Source: Flaccisagitta enflata (Eukaryota). From it: a DNA stretch of 64,000 bases. This document shows positions 50,436 to 63,207 of the stretch, one piece after another. Location of the stretch: NCBI GenBank assembly GCA_965153355.1, contig OZ231126.1, positions 15,686,001 through 15,750,000 of the forward strand, written 5' to 3'. The notes below the pieces were generated by a model. The model made no database searches. It saw nothing but the letters and a program-made list of their open reading frames with translations, and was not told the DNA's origin. Made by a program: the position numbers and the translations under genes. Each line of letters starts with the position of its first letter. Position 1 is the first letter of the stretch.

Positions 50436-50871
50436 TTGCTGATCATTTAATATTCTCTGTACTGTCACATGATTTTTTTGCTTTTCTTCCCTAAACCAAA
50501 ATATCTGCATTCCATTTTTACCAAAGCTTTTGTTTTCCCTCAAAGATTTCTATTCTGTGCCTATTCATCCAACTTTGTCATTTGACGACACATTTTTAGA
50601 GGTCACATCTTTCTATACCTCAAAAAATGAGAACTATTCTTCATGACTAAATAGTCTTGACTAAGATTAATCTCGAGGTAGAATTTAGAGATTTTGTTGA
50701 AGAAACTTTATTCAAACAATCTAGATTTTGATTTCCCCTATTGTTTCTGAGTAGTCCTTTTTTGCAAAAGTCACAGGGGTTACATACAAACAAAAGAGCC
50801 ACAGCCTTAATCAATATTCTCTAGTGTACCACTCTACTATCAATCTCCTCATGCTTATGAGTTTTAGTTAT

Positions 50872-51335
50872 AGTGTAAAAATGATAAATTGTTCATTCAG
50901 AATAGAATTACCTGGTGGATATACAATTGAGAAATGAGTTTTGCTACATATTTAGGGTTGTGGGAAAAAATGATGATTTTGTTTTTTAGGACAGAATTTT
51001 CCATTGGATCTATATTTAGGATAACATGATAAAATAACATAGGCAATGGTAAAGTTTCTCTCACTCACATTTATTTTTTCTCTTATTTTTTTATTCTCCT
51101 TTATTATCTGGAATCAAATTGATGTTAGAACATTCTGTTCAAATTTGCATGAGCTACAACTTTTGAAAGTGTAAAAATGATAAATTGTTCATTCAGAATA
51201 CAATTTCCTGGTGGATATACAATAGAGAAATGAGTTTTGCTACATATTTAGTCATGTGATTTTGTTTTTCAGGGCAGAATTTTTGATTCGATCTATATTT
51301 AGAATAATATGATAAAATAACATAGGCAATGATAA
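50872..51335 (+). repeat. Direct duplication of ~170-190 bp, ~296-bp period
   Basis: AGTGTAAAAATGATAAATTGTTCATTCAGAATA...ATAAAATAACATAGGCAATG occurs at ~50872 and ~51168. Confidence 0.8.
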
Positions 51336-52079
51336 AGAGAAAACAAATCAAGGTCAAAAAAATATTTAGCAGTTAGCCTTTGGGAGAGAGACTGGGATGT
51401 AAAAACGCTTAAGAAGGTGCATCTTAGACAGATGGATAAAATATTCAGCAGTTGGACAAGGACATAGGCTTTGGAAAAGAGACTGTGATGCAAAAACACT
51501 AAAGAAGGTGAATCTATGGTAATGTAAATTTGTGTGCAGGAAATTTGAGGTATGACATATGGAAAAAGGCATTTTTGCTTTGTTGTAATTTTATTTGTTT
51601 TGATAATGTTTGGGAAAGAACAATTGTATATGCATTATCAGAAAACAAAAAAAGTTTATGTTATCAGATATGGTGGTGAATATTTTTTCTTCCTTTCACT
51701 TTTGATTACTTTTAGGAGTGCAAAGGTGCTTATGTATTTGGTTAAACTGTTGGTTAGTCAGTTGGTTGGTCCACCCAGTGTATCTATTGGCTTAATGGAA
51801 CTTGTTATACTATTTTCTTTTTCTATATTTCTTTCCTTTTTTATTGGTAGACTGTGGTTCTCAGTAGTTTTGATATGATTTTTGGGGATTAAGGAATATT
51901 CACTTTAAGATGACAAGTGTTTTGACTAAATATATGGAATACTAAATGATTAAGTAGTGAGTGAATATTGGTAGATAAAAATTCTTAGCTCAATAAAAAA
52001 AAATTCTCATATGATTTCTTTAAACATGGTTACGATGCTTTTTGAGTGCTATGCGACTCTACACCCCACAGTGTTGGTC

Positions 52080-52802
52080 TGTCCCCTTTTTACTTTTTCA
52101 GCATTTTTGAGCTTTTTAAGCATACAGTTGCCCTAATGACCTTCTCCAGCACTGCTCCTGCCCACCTGCACATAACTAGGGTAGCTGTGTATCCAGCCTT
52201 ATTTTTTATCAAAATAGAAATAGTGCCCAAATGGTTTTATAAAATTGTCTATAAACATACATGGTGTATGGGTTTCTATCACATTTGACTTTACAACTAA
52301 TTTCAATACACATAATTCTTGTGAAAAAAAAACAAAGGTTTTTTGAAATTTTGTATATTGCTTAAATTTAGAGAATCTCATATAAGGAAATTTTTCAAAA
52401 ACATAGTTTCTTTGCTATTTATCTTTAAAAAGAACTATGTTTTTTACTTCTATGTAATCTTTTAATTTCAATGGGCCCTTTGTTAGTGATCAGAAAAGAT
52501 ATTGCCAATAAATTGGAGTGAATCACTTTAAAAAATCAAAACCATATCAGTTTTTTTTGGAAATTATGTATAAATTTTGCAATGATATGTGTATTATGAT
52601 TGATCCTAGTGAGTTTCTGGTATAATCATTTAGTTTTATTTATTTTCAATTTTTGATTCTCAACCCTAGGGACACACTAAATATTGCCTTTGGAGGTATC
52701 CTGTCTTATCTTTTCAATTTTGTTTGGTAAGAATAGACTTTATTTATGAGATATTAAAGGGGATATTAAAATTGAAAAAAAAGAAAAGAGAGAGTGAGAG
52801 AG

Positions 52803-52870
<68 letters not shown>

Positions 52871-54824
52871 CATTATTGACTGAAGTTTTTTATTGATATA
52901 GCTCTTCTCTAATATTTTCTTACTATAATGTTTTAAGGAAGATAATGAGAAAAAAGAGCAGGTAAAAGAAAATGAATTGCTGAAAATTGTACACCAAAGC
53001 ACAAAAAAAAAAAAAAAAAAAAATATTTACCTCAAAGAGTATAGAATTATATCTAAAATGCCATTTTGTAGAAAAAAAACAAGTTTAACTGCTGTGCACA
53101 AAAATTTTAGCAAAGATAGTTTCAAGCATATGAATGGTTGGCTGTTTTTATTTTGTATGACAAAAACGCTTATTTTAACATTTTTGTAGTAAAAGTTAAA
53201 GAATGTCTAATGTATGCTTTTACAGAGCGATTATTTACAATAACATTTACATTCTTTTTACCACTAATTATTGACTTTTTTTTTTTTATTTAATAAAAAG
53301 TTTTTAAAAAAGTTTTTTTACCTTTTTAGTTGTTAACAAATAACCACTTCTCCCAATGTTGGTATGTCTATCTGTTAATCCCTTTGCTGGCTGATGATTC
53401 ATGACTATTTTTTTGTGTTTTTTGTAAGAGTACCCCTGGGCAAACATCAGTGATTGTTGCCCTTTGTGGGGCTTTTATAGAAAACCATAATGCAAAGATT
53501 ATTTGATATATTACAATATGTTTTTATTTGTGAGCATGCGACTCTACATCCCACTTTGTCTAGTGGTCGGTACTTTTAGTATTTTGGTCTTATGGTCTTA
53601 ACAACTGCATGCAACTGCAAGGTTTTGGCCTTTTTTTATATTTATATCTCTCCAACAAAAGGGTAGAAATATAAAAGTGGTGATAAAAAAGTGGTACACA
53701 ATGTAAAAAGAATGTAAATGTTATTGTAAATAATCGCTCTGTAAAAGCATACATTAGACATTCTTTAACTTTTACTACAAAAATGTTAAAATAAGCGTTT
53801 TTGTCATACAAAATAAAAACAGCCAACCATTCATATGCTTGAAACTATCTTTGCTAAAATTTTTGTGCACAGCAGTTAAACTTGTTTTTTTTCTACAAAA
53901 TGGCATTTTAGATATAATTCTATACTCTTTGAGGTAAATATTTTTTTTTTTTTTTTTTTTTTGTGCTTTGGTGTACAATTTTCAGCAATTCATTTTCTTT
54001 TACCTGCTCTTTTTTTTCTCATTATCTTTCCCTTAAAACTTGTTGCTTAATTAAGAAAAAAATATTGGGGGAGAGAGCTATATCAATGCAAAAAACTTCA
54101 ATCAGTATGTCAATGTTTTTTCTTTCAATTTTAATATCCCCTTTAATATCTCATAAATAAAGTCTATTCTTACCAAACAAAATTGAAAAGATAAGACAGG
54201 ATACCTCCAAAGGCAATATTTAGTGTGTCCCTAGGGTTGAGAATCAAAAATTGAAAATAAATAAAACTAAATGATTATACCAGAAACTCACTAGGATCAA
54301 TCATAATACACATATCATTGCAAAATTTATACATAATTTCCAAAAAAAACTGATATGGTTTTGATTTTTTAAAGTGATTCACTCCAATTTATTGGCAATA
54401 TCTTTTCTGATCACTAACAAAGGGCCCATTGAAATTAAAAGATTACATAGAAGTAAAAAACATAGTTCTTTTTAAAGATAAATAGCAAAGAAACTATGTT
54501 TTTGAAAAATTTCCTTATATGAGATTCTCTAAATTTAAGCAATATACAAAATTTCAAAAATCCTTTGTTTTTTTTTCACAAGAATTATGTGTATTGAAAT
54601 TAGTTGTAAAGTCAAATGTGATAGAAACCCATACACACCATGATGTATGTTTATAGACAATTTTATAAAACCATTTGGGCACTATTTCTATTTTGATAAA
54701 AAATAAGCTGGATACACAGCTACCCTAGTTATGTGCAGGTGGGCAGGAGCAGTGCTGGAGAAGGTCATTAGGGCAACTGTATGCTTAAAAAGCTCAAAAA
54801 TGCTGAAAAAGTAAAAAGGGGACA
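52080..54824. repeat. Large inverted duplication (arms ~52080-53261 and ~53703-54824, spacer ~440 bp)
   Basis: Arms are near-identical reverse complements. Matching spurious ORFs appear on opposite strands (52977+ / 53775-). Confidence 0.92.
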
Positions 54825-55129
54825 TTAAAATTGAATCGAATAGTTATCCTCTTACAGGCAGTCCGTCCATCTGCATGTTGATTAATTGGTTCATTCGTCG
54901 ATTGGTTGGTTAGTTGGCTGGCTGAATATTAGTTCGGTCACTCAAATCTTGAAAATGCGCAAAGCAGCTAATTCTGACGTCTTTCTTCAATACTTATGCC
55001 TTTCTATATTCATTTTCATTTTCTATTCATTCATTCATTTAAAATGTTCATTCTTAATTTGCGAGGTGCACATATTGGCCAAAACTAGACCATCCTTCAC
55101 TCTTTCATTCATTTATTTGAAATGTTCAT

Positions 55130-55757
55130 TTTCAGTTGCGGACACGCAACTCTATAAGAGGCTTTGTCCGTCCGTTGGTCCATTGGTCCGTTGGTTCGTT
55201 GACCCATTGGTCCATTGGTCTATTAGTCCGTTGGTCTGTTGGTTCGACAGTCTTTCAAGCTCCAGTTGTCACGCTCGAGTTGCAAATGCGAAAAACTTGT
55301 ATTTATGATGCTGCAGTTTGTATTGTTTGTGTGTGAGTTATTTGAGGGGAGTTGGGGTGTGGTTGGGGTGAGGCTGGGGGTTGGATGCCCATGCCCACCT
55401 GTCCGCAACAATATTATGACCTTGCGTCACTTGTTATATTCTTAATCAGCGAGGGGCGCATATTAGCCCTCATTTGGTCATCCTTTTAGTTGCGGACACG
55501 CAACTCTATAAGAGCCTTTGTCCGTCCGTCCGTCTGTTGGTTGGTTGGTCGGTCTGTGAACACAAGTCGAAAAGTGTGAAAACGCGCATTTCCGCCCCTG
55601 CCCACCCATCCGCAACTGGTATTGGCCGTGTATCCGGCCTTGTTTTAGTCGCGTGCTTCACCCCGCTTTGTTCGTCAGTTTGTTGGTGTGGTGACTTCAA
55701 TTATGGCCCGTGCCCACCCACATGCGACTGGGGTAGCCGTGTATCTGGCCTTGTTGC
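55130..55757 (+). mobile_element. Three adjacent DINE-1/Helentron-like short elements
   Basis: TTTTAGTTGCGGACACGCAACTCTATAAGAG starts, (GTCC/GGTC)n tracts, GGCCGTGTATCCGGCCTTGTT ends. Confidence 0.7.
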
Positions 55758-55984
55758 TTTCTATCCCGCCTGATTCCCTGCATTTAAAATCGTTAAACAC
55801 ACACCTATTCTGAAATCAGTGCAACTAGATCACTTAAGTTCTTAACCATGATTAATTTACTAATTCGGAGGCAAAAAAATCATCAAATTTCATTCACATC
55901 ATGAGCTTTATTTTTCTTATTTGTCTTATTGAATAATATTTGAGTCCCTGATTTTGGAATAGTAACAACCGATTTTTGATGGTA

Positions 55985-56326
55985 CCGTATTTTTTTAATT
56001 AGTGCCCCGGGCGCTTCTGAAATTAAAAAATGATATTGCCATTTTACCCTCCAATAAGCGCCCCCTTTCAACTTGAAAATATGTAGAAATTTAGTGGTTT
56101 TCCTAATGAATGCTTCTTGAAATTTCAGAAATTTAAGAAAAAGTAAAATTAAGGGTTATTTTTTGCCTGTTTTCCACGTAAGCACTAAAAAAGGCACTGA
56201 AAAAAGCTAAATCCCTCTATGCACAACAATCATTTGCCTCCTAATCTTCTTAAAAATCACTGATCTGAGGAGCAAAAAGAGGGGTGCGTTAATTGGAGGG
56301 GGGGCAATAAATGGAAAAAAATATGG
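55985..56326. mobile_element. pogo/Tc1-type MITE, same family as 30083-30416
   Basis: TA|CCGTATTTTTT...AAAAAAATATGG|TA. Confidence 0.75.
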
Positions 56327-56599
56327 TATTATTTTCCAGCGTATGCCATGTCAAACAGAATCGACTAAAATGGAATTCATGGGGGAAAATGAAGCAATTA
56401 TAAGCTTTTCATAAAAGAAAAAAAAATGCCGGCTTAGGTGTTGCTTTTCTCTATCCCAAAAAATCAATCAAGAAATCAAAAATTGTTGTAACATTCACCA
56501 AGTTGTTATGTTTGTTTTTGGTCAAATTTCATCCCTGTCACGCTTGAGTGATCTTTACCATCATCGCATGGTAAACTGGCAGCCTTGTATCCAGATTTC

Positions 56600-56808
56600 T
56601 TTTTAGTCACGTGCTACGCAACTCTTCACCCCGCTTTGTTTCTCCCTTGGTCTGTCTGTTGGTCCATTGGTCCATCCGTCACACTTACTTTTTTGGGATT
56701 CTTGCGGTTTTTGGCTTCACTGCTCCTGCCTAAATGATCTGGTGACCTCAATTATGGCCCCTGCCAACCCGCACGCGACTAGGGTAGCCGTGTATCCGGC
56801 CTTGTTTT
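56600..56808 (+). mobile_element. DINE-1/Helentron-like element overlapping the 3' end of the kinase-KEN ORF
   Basis: TTTTTAGTCACGTGCTACGCAACT ... CACGCGACTAGGGTAGCCGTGTATCCGGCCTTGTTTT. Confidence 0.75.
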
Positions 56809-58442
56809 GCATCCATCTAGCATTCCGAAGCTCACCTGCCATGAAGTCTTGGGGATCCTTTATGATATCTCTAAACGATTCCCTCGCATCCAGTATCCAT
56901 TTTTGCAATGGCTTTGTTGCCTCGTGCTCATCAAGAGCATTCTGTGCTTTTTCAACTTCAGCGGCAGGTCGATTGTTTTCTTGTTTCTTCGTCAATGTGT
57001 TCTCCAGTTGGTTCTTCTTTTTGGTCCAGTCAGCCACTAACTTCTTGAAATCCTAAAAAAGAAAAAAAAAGGCATTTTCTTGGGGTCCATCTGAATTTGT
57101 TTTCAGGCGAAATTTTAAATGGTTCTTGAAATTATAAAGGCAGAACACTATTACCAATCAATACCTTGAACTCGCGTTCTGTCTTGTCCAGGATTTTGTG
57201 CATGTCCTTGCAGCTTCGGTCAAAGATGTCTGTAGGAGCTTCGCTGGCTCCCTTTGGTGCGGTGGTCATGTCGGGTTTTACACACAATTTCTCAAACAGC
57301 GCATCTACACCGATGACAATCTTTGACTTCTCCGCTTCCATCCACTCTTCATAAGCTAGCAGACAGTTTTCAGGGATGCCAAACTTGAGACCCAAGTGTC
57401 GTTGGCCAAACCAGTAGAAATGCAGCAATGCAAGCTGAGTGCTTTTTTGCATCTGCTGAAGAACAACAGCGCTAGAAACATCAGATACTCCATAATGCTT
57501 TGCCAGCATGGCTTTGTGCTGCTCCGTGTGCTGCATCATGTTGCGGGAGTAACGCAGCATTGATTCAAGGGATGCAGAATACTTGGAAAACTTAAGGGTG
57601 TCAGGGGAAACAAAGGCTAATGTCTTCCACTCCACTTGAAAAACCATGTAGAAGGACTTGTTGAGGATGTCCTTGATGTCTTTTGATGCTTGGGAATCGT
57701 CAAGATCCATCAGGGCCTCATTGACAGCATTTAAAGCTCGGACATGGAAGTTGTCATCATGGAAGTAGATGTGGTTTTCTACCTCTGCGGCTGTCATTCG
57801 CATATTTTGTTCTGGTTGTGTCATTGTGTAGACCATGATCTTGGCAAGTCCGTCGATGTCAGATTCAAGGAGATTTGAGCGATCTTTCATTTTTATCTTT
57901 ATCATGGTCCCCAACTTGTCCTCACCTTGGAACAAATGCTGGCCTTTCAGAAACTCAAATACTGTTGCACCAAGGGAGAAAATGTCCCCAAACAGGAAGC
58001 GGATGACAAGTATGCGTGCATCAGTGGTTTTCAGTTTGTCAAGGATGGGGTCTTTGTACTCTTCAGTGAAGACGTCGGTTGTGATATGAACTCTTTCATC
58101 AACATTGAGCTGTTTTGATGAGTCAAAGTCAGTCACTTTAGGGATGAGGGATCCATCACGTTTCTGTTCGCAGATGAGGATATTTTCCGGCTTGATGTCG
58201 CGATGGGAGATGTTGTTGTTGACGTCGTCAGTTTTTGAGTGGATAAATGCCACTGCAGAGCTAACTTGGCGCAAGATTTCCTTGATGCTTGTCTTGGCCA
58301 AGATGGTGTCCCGCATCTTTACCATTTCTGGCGTGACTGGGTTGATGATATCACGTAGGGAGCAAACTGCCTCCTCCAGCAAAAGTGCCAAAAAGTCATC
58401 CTTCTCCTTGATTCCGTATACCGTGATGATGTTGGGGTGATC
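56717..58442 (-). CDS. IRE1/RNase L-like protein kinase + KEN ribonuclease domain with helical C-terminal extension; upstream exons not found in window
   Basis: Exon 58442-57165 (CAG|GAT...AAG|GT) and exon 57052-~56810. Kinase motifs DHPNIITVY, HRDIKPENILI, KVTDFDSSK, GDIFSLG, RMTAAEVENHIYF. The KEN-like segment VEWK...LKFSKYSASLESMLRYSRNMMQH...LLHFY aligns by eye with the IRE1 [23 protein letters not shown] region. Confidence 0.8.
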
Positions 58443-58568
58443 CTGGAGTAGGGTGTAATGAGAATTATTACTGAAGCCATTCATAACAAGTCATCCAAGG
58501 ATCGCACACGGTCAGCGGTACCCGATGCCCTGCTTGGAGTGATTAGCTGAAGAAGTGGAGTGAGAGCA

Positions 58569-59031
58569 GGGCAGCGACCCCAAAGGGCCGATGTCCTGTA
58601 GGACACAGGGGTGAATTTCCATACGTCCTTAGAGGGCATATTTGAGGCCTTAAGCTTAGGTGCTATTTTGCATGATATTCAATGGGAGTTTTGCATTTTT
58701 TTCAATTTCTCTTCAATTTTCCATGTTATTCGATGGGAATTTCACATTTTTTCCATCTTTTATCAATTTCCCATGTTATTCAATGGGAAGTTTGCATTTT
58801 ATCAAGTATCAATGTTATTTATTTGGAAGTTTGTATTTTATCAAGTTTCCATATTATTCAATGGGAAGAATGCATTTTATTAAGTTTCCATGTTATTCAA
58901 TGGAAATTTGAGCCTTGAGAAGCTTCGGGGGGGGGGGGGGGGGGGAAGGACGGAAGGACGGACGGAAGGACGGACGTATGGAAATTCACCCCTGTGTCCT
59001 ACAGGACATCGGCCCTTTGGGGCCGCTGCCC
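58569..59031. mobile_element. TIR element (~60-bp TIRs) with an internal ~38-bp tandem array
   Basis: GGGCAGCGACCCCAAAGGGCCGATGTCCTGTAGGACACAGGGG at the left end and its reverse complement at 58972-59031. Confidence 0.85.
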
Positions 59032-59976
59032 AAAAAGGGAGATATTCTATGATAAGACCGTCCCTTAGTAGGCTAGTAGGACGAGAATGTAAAAATGGCC
59101 ATGTTTGGTATATGCTGTATGGATCGGTTCGTAAATACATCGACATTAACAAAAACTTGATTTTTGGCCTTTTTTACCAATTTCAGGAATATACAATCAC
59201 TAAAACCAATAAACACTGTGTAGTCATTTCCTGGCATTTTTTTCTTGATGATGAAATAAGTGAAATGCGATATTGAAACGGCTCATACTACCAAAAATCT
59301 TTGATAAGATCTCTCAGATTACTAAATTTAACATTTATCCTTCACATTATATCGATCAGATTGCTCAAAAGCTACTGTTCATTCAGTAACTTAAATCTAT
59401 ATCCACCCTAAATTGCAATAAAGAATTTTCATTGCTCGGAAATGAGCATCAACTTTGAAAGATCACTGCTCACAAACAAATTGAGCTACAAACCCCAGAT
59501 TGGTCGCAATTTAAAGAGTTTAAACAATTCTTTCAGTTGAGACCAATCTGGGGTCTGTAGCTGTATCATTTAAGTTGCAATACTACTCCAAAGTGGATTC
59601 TTTTTAGAGCGAAAAATTACTTTTTCCCTTAAGTTGCGTCTTACAGATTAGTATTTTGATGCTTCCACTGAGCATACCTGCTCATCTATTTTTTACTGGC
59701 TCGCTCAGTTTGTTATATATCCAGTTTATTCACATGAGGGAACATGTAGCAGAACAAAGGACAAGAACATGAACAACAAAAGGCAACGTTATAGGTCCTA
59801 TACTAGAACAGGATGTGGGAAAATTGAGTTAAAATTTGATTTTCATACAATTGGAATGGAACATTGCATTTCAAAATTCATCAACTCAAAGAAAACCAGT
59901 TGCCCAAGGGCAATATGTGGTCAGTGATACCCATTGCCCTGCTGTGTATGGAGGTGATTAAAGATGATGGGTAGTA

Positions 59977-60485
59977 GGGCAGCGTCCCCCAAGGGGACGA
60001 TGTCCTGTAGAACACAGGGTGACTTTCGTTTGTTCCTCAGTCCGTCCGTGTGTGCAGATTTGAGCCTCGAGGCTGGGATTTGAGCCTTGAGGCTGGGATG
60101 AACCTCGAGGCTAGTATTTGAGCCTCGATGCTAGGATTTGAGGCTGGGGTTTGAATCTTGAGGCTGGGATTTGAGCCTCAAGGCTAGCATTTGAGCCTCA
60201 AGGCGGGGATTTGAGCCTCGAGGCTGGAATTTGATCCTCAAGGTTGGAATTTGAGCCTCGAGGCTGAAATTTGAGCCTCGCAGCTGGGATTTGAGCCTCA
60301 AGGCTGGGTGGGACTTGAGCCTCGAGGCTGGAATTTGAGCCTTGAGGCTGGGATTTGAGCCTTGAGGCTAAGATTTGAGTCTCAAGGTGGGGACGCACAC
60401 ATGCACGCACGCACGCACGGACGGACAAACAAACAAAAGTCCCCCTGTGTTCTACAGGACATCGTCCCCTTCAGGGCTGCTGCCC
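59977..60485. mobile_element. Related TIR element with an internal 20-bp tandem array (GGCTGGGATTTGAGCCTCGA)
   Basis: GGGCAGCGTCCCCCAAGGGGACGATGTCCTGTAGAACACAGGG at the left end with an inverted copy at the right end. Confidence 0.85.
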
Positions 60486-60574
60486 AAAAAACATAGAAAT
60501 ACGCCAAAAGGCTAGAAAACGTGTGGGATTGCAAGAAAAAAATCTTTAGAGTATGGGTCTGCGACTGGGTTCAA

Positions 60575-60899
60575 GCGGCGCTGTCTAGCGGCGTTGTCTA
60601 GCGGCGTTGTCTAGCGGCGTTGTCTAGCGGCGTTGTCAAATGGCGTTGTCAAACGGCGTTGTCAAATGTTGTTCTCAAATGGCAATGATAACGGCTTTGT
60701 TAAACAACGTTGTCAAATGGCGTTGTCAAATGACATTGTCAAACGGCCTTGTCAAATGACATTGACAAATGGCGTTGTCAAATAACGTTGTCAAATGGCA
60801 TTGTCAAATGACATTGTCAAATGGCATTGTCAAATGGCATTGTCAAATGGCGTTGTCAAATGGCGTTGTCAAATGGCATTGTTAAATGGCGTTGTCAAA
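60575..60899. repeat. 13-bp minisatellite (GGCGTTGTCAAAT; 5' variants GGCGTTGTCTAGC)
   Basis: Seen directly. Confidence 0.9.
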
Positions 60900-61354
60900 G
60901 GGGTGGTTGAGGGGTGGTTGAGGGGTAAGCTGCTTTGGTCACATACATGCGTTGATTCATTTCATTTTGAGTTTACATACCAAGTTTTAAATTGGTTCAG
61001 AAATCTTCAAGTTATACACATTCATCATTTTTTAGAAGATAGGCTGGTTGGGTAGTAGGCCGGATAGCATGCTAAACTGTTTATGAATCAAATTCAAAAA
61101 ATCGGTTGAAAAATGCTTAAGTTATGCAGGTTTTTCACTTTTAGGCTGGTAAGCTGGTTTGGCCGGTTAGTATGCTAAAATCTTAACAAATCAAATGCAC
61201 ATGTTGAGTCCTTTCATTACGAGACTCTAAACCAAGTATCAACCAAATTGGTTGAAAAATACCAAAGTTATGCACGTTTTTCACTCGTAGGTAGGCTGGT
61301 TGGGTGGTAGGCCAGTTTGTTCAGTTAGCATTCTGAATTCTTTATAAATCAAAT

Positions 61355-62975
61355 TAATATGTTGAGTCCTTCCATATAGAGACTACATACCAAGTTTCAA
61401 CGGAATTAGTTGAAAACCCCCAACCACGTCCAACACTCAAACATACACAAAAAGTATCGTAAATGCTCGTTTTTCACTTATAGGCTGGTAGGCTGGTTGG
61501 GCTGGTTGGGGTGGTCCGATTTAAACATATGCATAGGCTGCAGAGCGGCCTACCATATTACAACTTTCCTCTAAATATGAAGCAAATCGGTCAAGGCGTT
61601 CAAAAGTTAGCTCATTTTCAAAAGTTTGGACAATGACGACAACGACGACAACGACACCCACCCGCCTCGAATTATAGTCCGAGTCGGTCGCCCAAGGGCA
61701 ATATGTGGTTGGCGTGTTCAAGAATTGCAAAAAATTGATTGAACATGCCCTGCGGATGTTTGGGCACAGGTTACCATATGTATAACAAGGGGAAACCGTC
61801 GTTGGACATTTTTTAGTACCTCGGACTGTAAATTGCATTCAAGAGTGTGGAAGGGCCAAAGGAGCAAAATCGATAACCCACCCATAACTTGAAAAATTCA
61901 AAAATGGTTAAATTTTCATGATTAAACATCTTTTTTGGACTCATTGGACACAAAAAACATAAAGGTAGGTGGTCGAGTGGGTGGTTGGGTGGGGTGACCC
62001 ATGGGGTGGGGGTAAGGTGGCCAAAGTGGCAAAAATCACCCCTGATGGAGTGATCGTAAAAAATGACAAAAATCAAAATTGTTGATTTTTTTGGCAAAAA
62101 TACATCTCATTAAGTGGGATTCTGCAAAAAAAATTGGTATTATTTGGGTTTTTGGACAAAAAATGGCCAAGATGACAGTTTTGAGGTTGTTGTAATTTTA
62201 ACTGAGAGAGACAAACACACACACATACAGAGACGCAGAAAGACAGACTATAGCTTTAATTCTCAAAAATCAGGTTGGTCTCATCTGAAAGATCTTTTGA
62301 AAAGCTTTCAGAAGCTCATGAATTGTAATTGATTTGGTTGAAAAATGGTGCTACAGTGATCTTCCAAAGTACAGTAAAAAATGGAATTTTGTCATCATTT
62401 GACCTGTCAACTTTGTTTGCTTATAACTTTTTATCCTTCAAAGCTAGTAAAACATGGTTGGTCTCATCTTAAAGATCTTTCAAAAATTTCTTAGAGGCTC
62501 ATGAATTTTAATTCATTTGGCCTTTTTTACCAATTTCAGGAATATACAATCACTAAACCAATAAACACTGTGTAGTCATTTCCTGGCATTTTTTTCTTGA
62601 TGATGAAATAAGTGAAATGCGATATTGAAACAGCTCATACTACTTAATATGTTAAGTCCTTCCATATAGAGACTAAATACCAAGTTTCAACGGAATTAGT
62701 TGAAAACCCCTAACCCACGTCCAACACTCACACATACACAAAAAGTATCGTAAACGCTCGTTTTTCACTTTTAGGCTGGTAGGCTGGTTGGGCTGGTTGG
62801 GGTGGTCCGATTAAAACATACGCATAGGCTGCATAGCGGCCTACCATATTACAACTTTCCTCTAAATATGAAGCAAATCGGTCAAGGCGTTCAAAAGTTA
62901 GCTCATTTTCGAAAGTGTGGACAACGACGACAACGTTGACACAACACCCACCCGCCTCGAATTATAGTCCGAGTC
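61355..62975. repeat. Composite repeat region: ~330-bp direct duplication (61355-61685 / 62645-62975); 62518-62643 duplicates 59164-59291
   Basis: Near-identical direct copies visible in the sequence. Confidence 0.8.
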
Positions 62976-62997
62976 AGAATGGTATTACGTCGCGGAC

Positions 62998-63207
62998 AAA
63001 AACAAAACAAGTGACGCGAGGTCACAATATTGTTGCGAATGGGTGGGCAGGAGCATCCAACCCCCATCCACACCCCAACCCACGTCCAACACTCAAACAT
63101 ACACAAAAAGTATCGTAAACGCTCATTTTCAACTCGATCACCATGACGGACCGACGGACGGATGGACAGACAAAGCCTCTTATAGAGTTGCGTATCCGCA
63201 ACTAAAA
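62998..63207 (-). mobile_element. DINE-1/Helentron-like short element
   Basis: Close match to 16118-16327. Confidence 0.7.

Noticed and set aside
52766-54160. Duplicated short ORFs on opposite strands
   Set aside because: By-product of the inverted duplication in AT-rich noncoding DNA.
58443-58484. ATG at 58484 as the start of the kinase
   Set aside because: It would lack the Gly-loop and VAIK N-lobe; a CAG acceptor at 58443 indicates an internal exon.
58670-60900. CRISPR-like appearance of the 38-, 20- and 13-bp arrays
   Set aside because: Head-to-tail repeats with no unique spacers, no cas genes, and a eukaryotic context.
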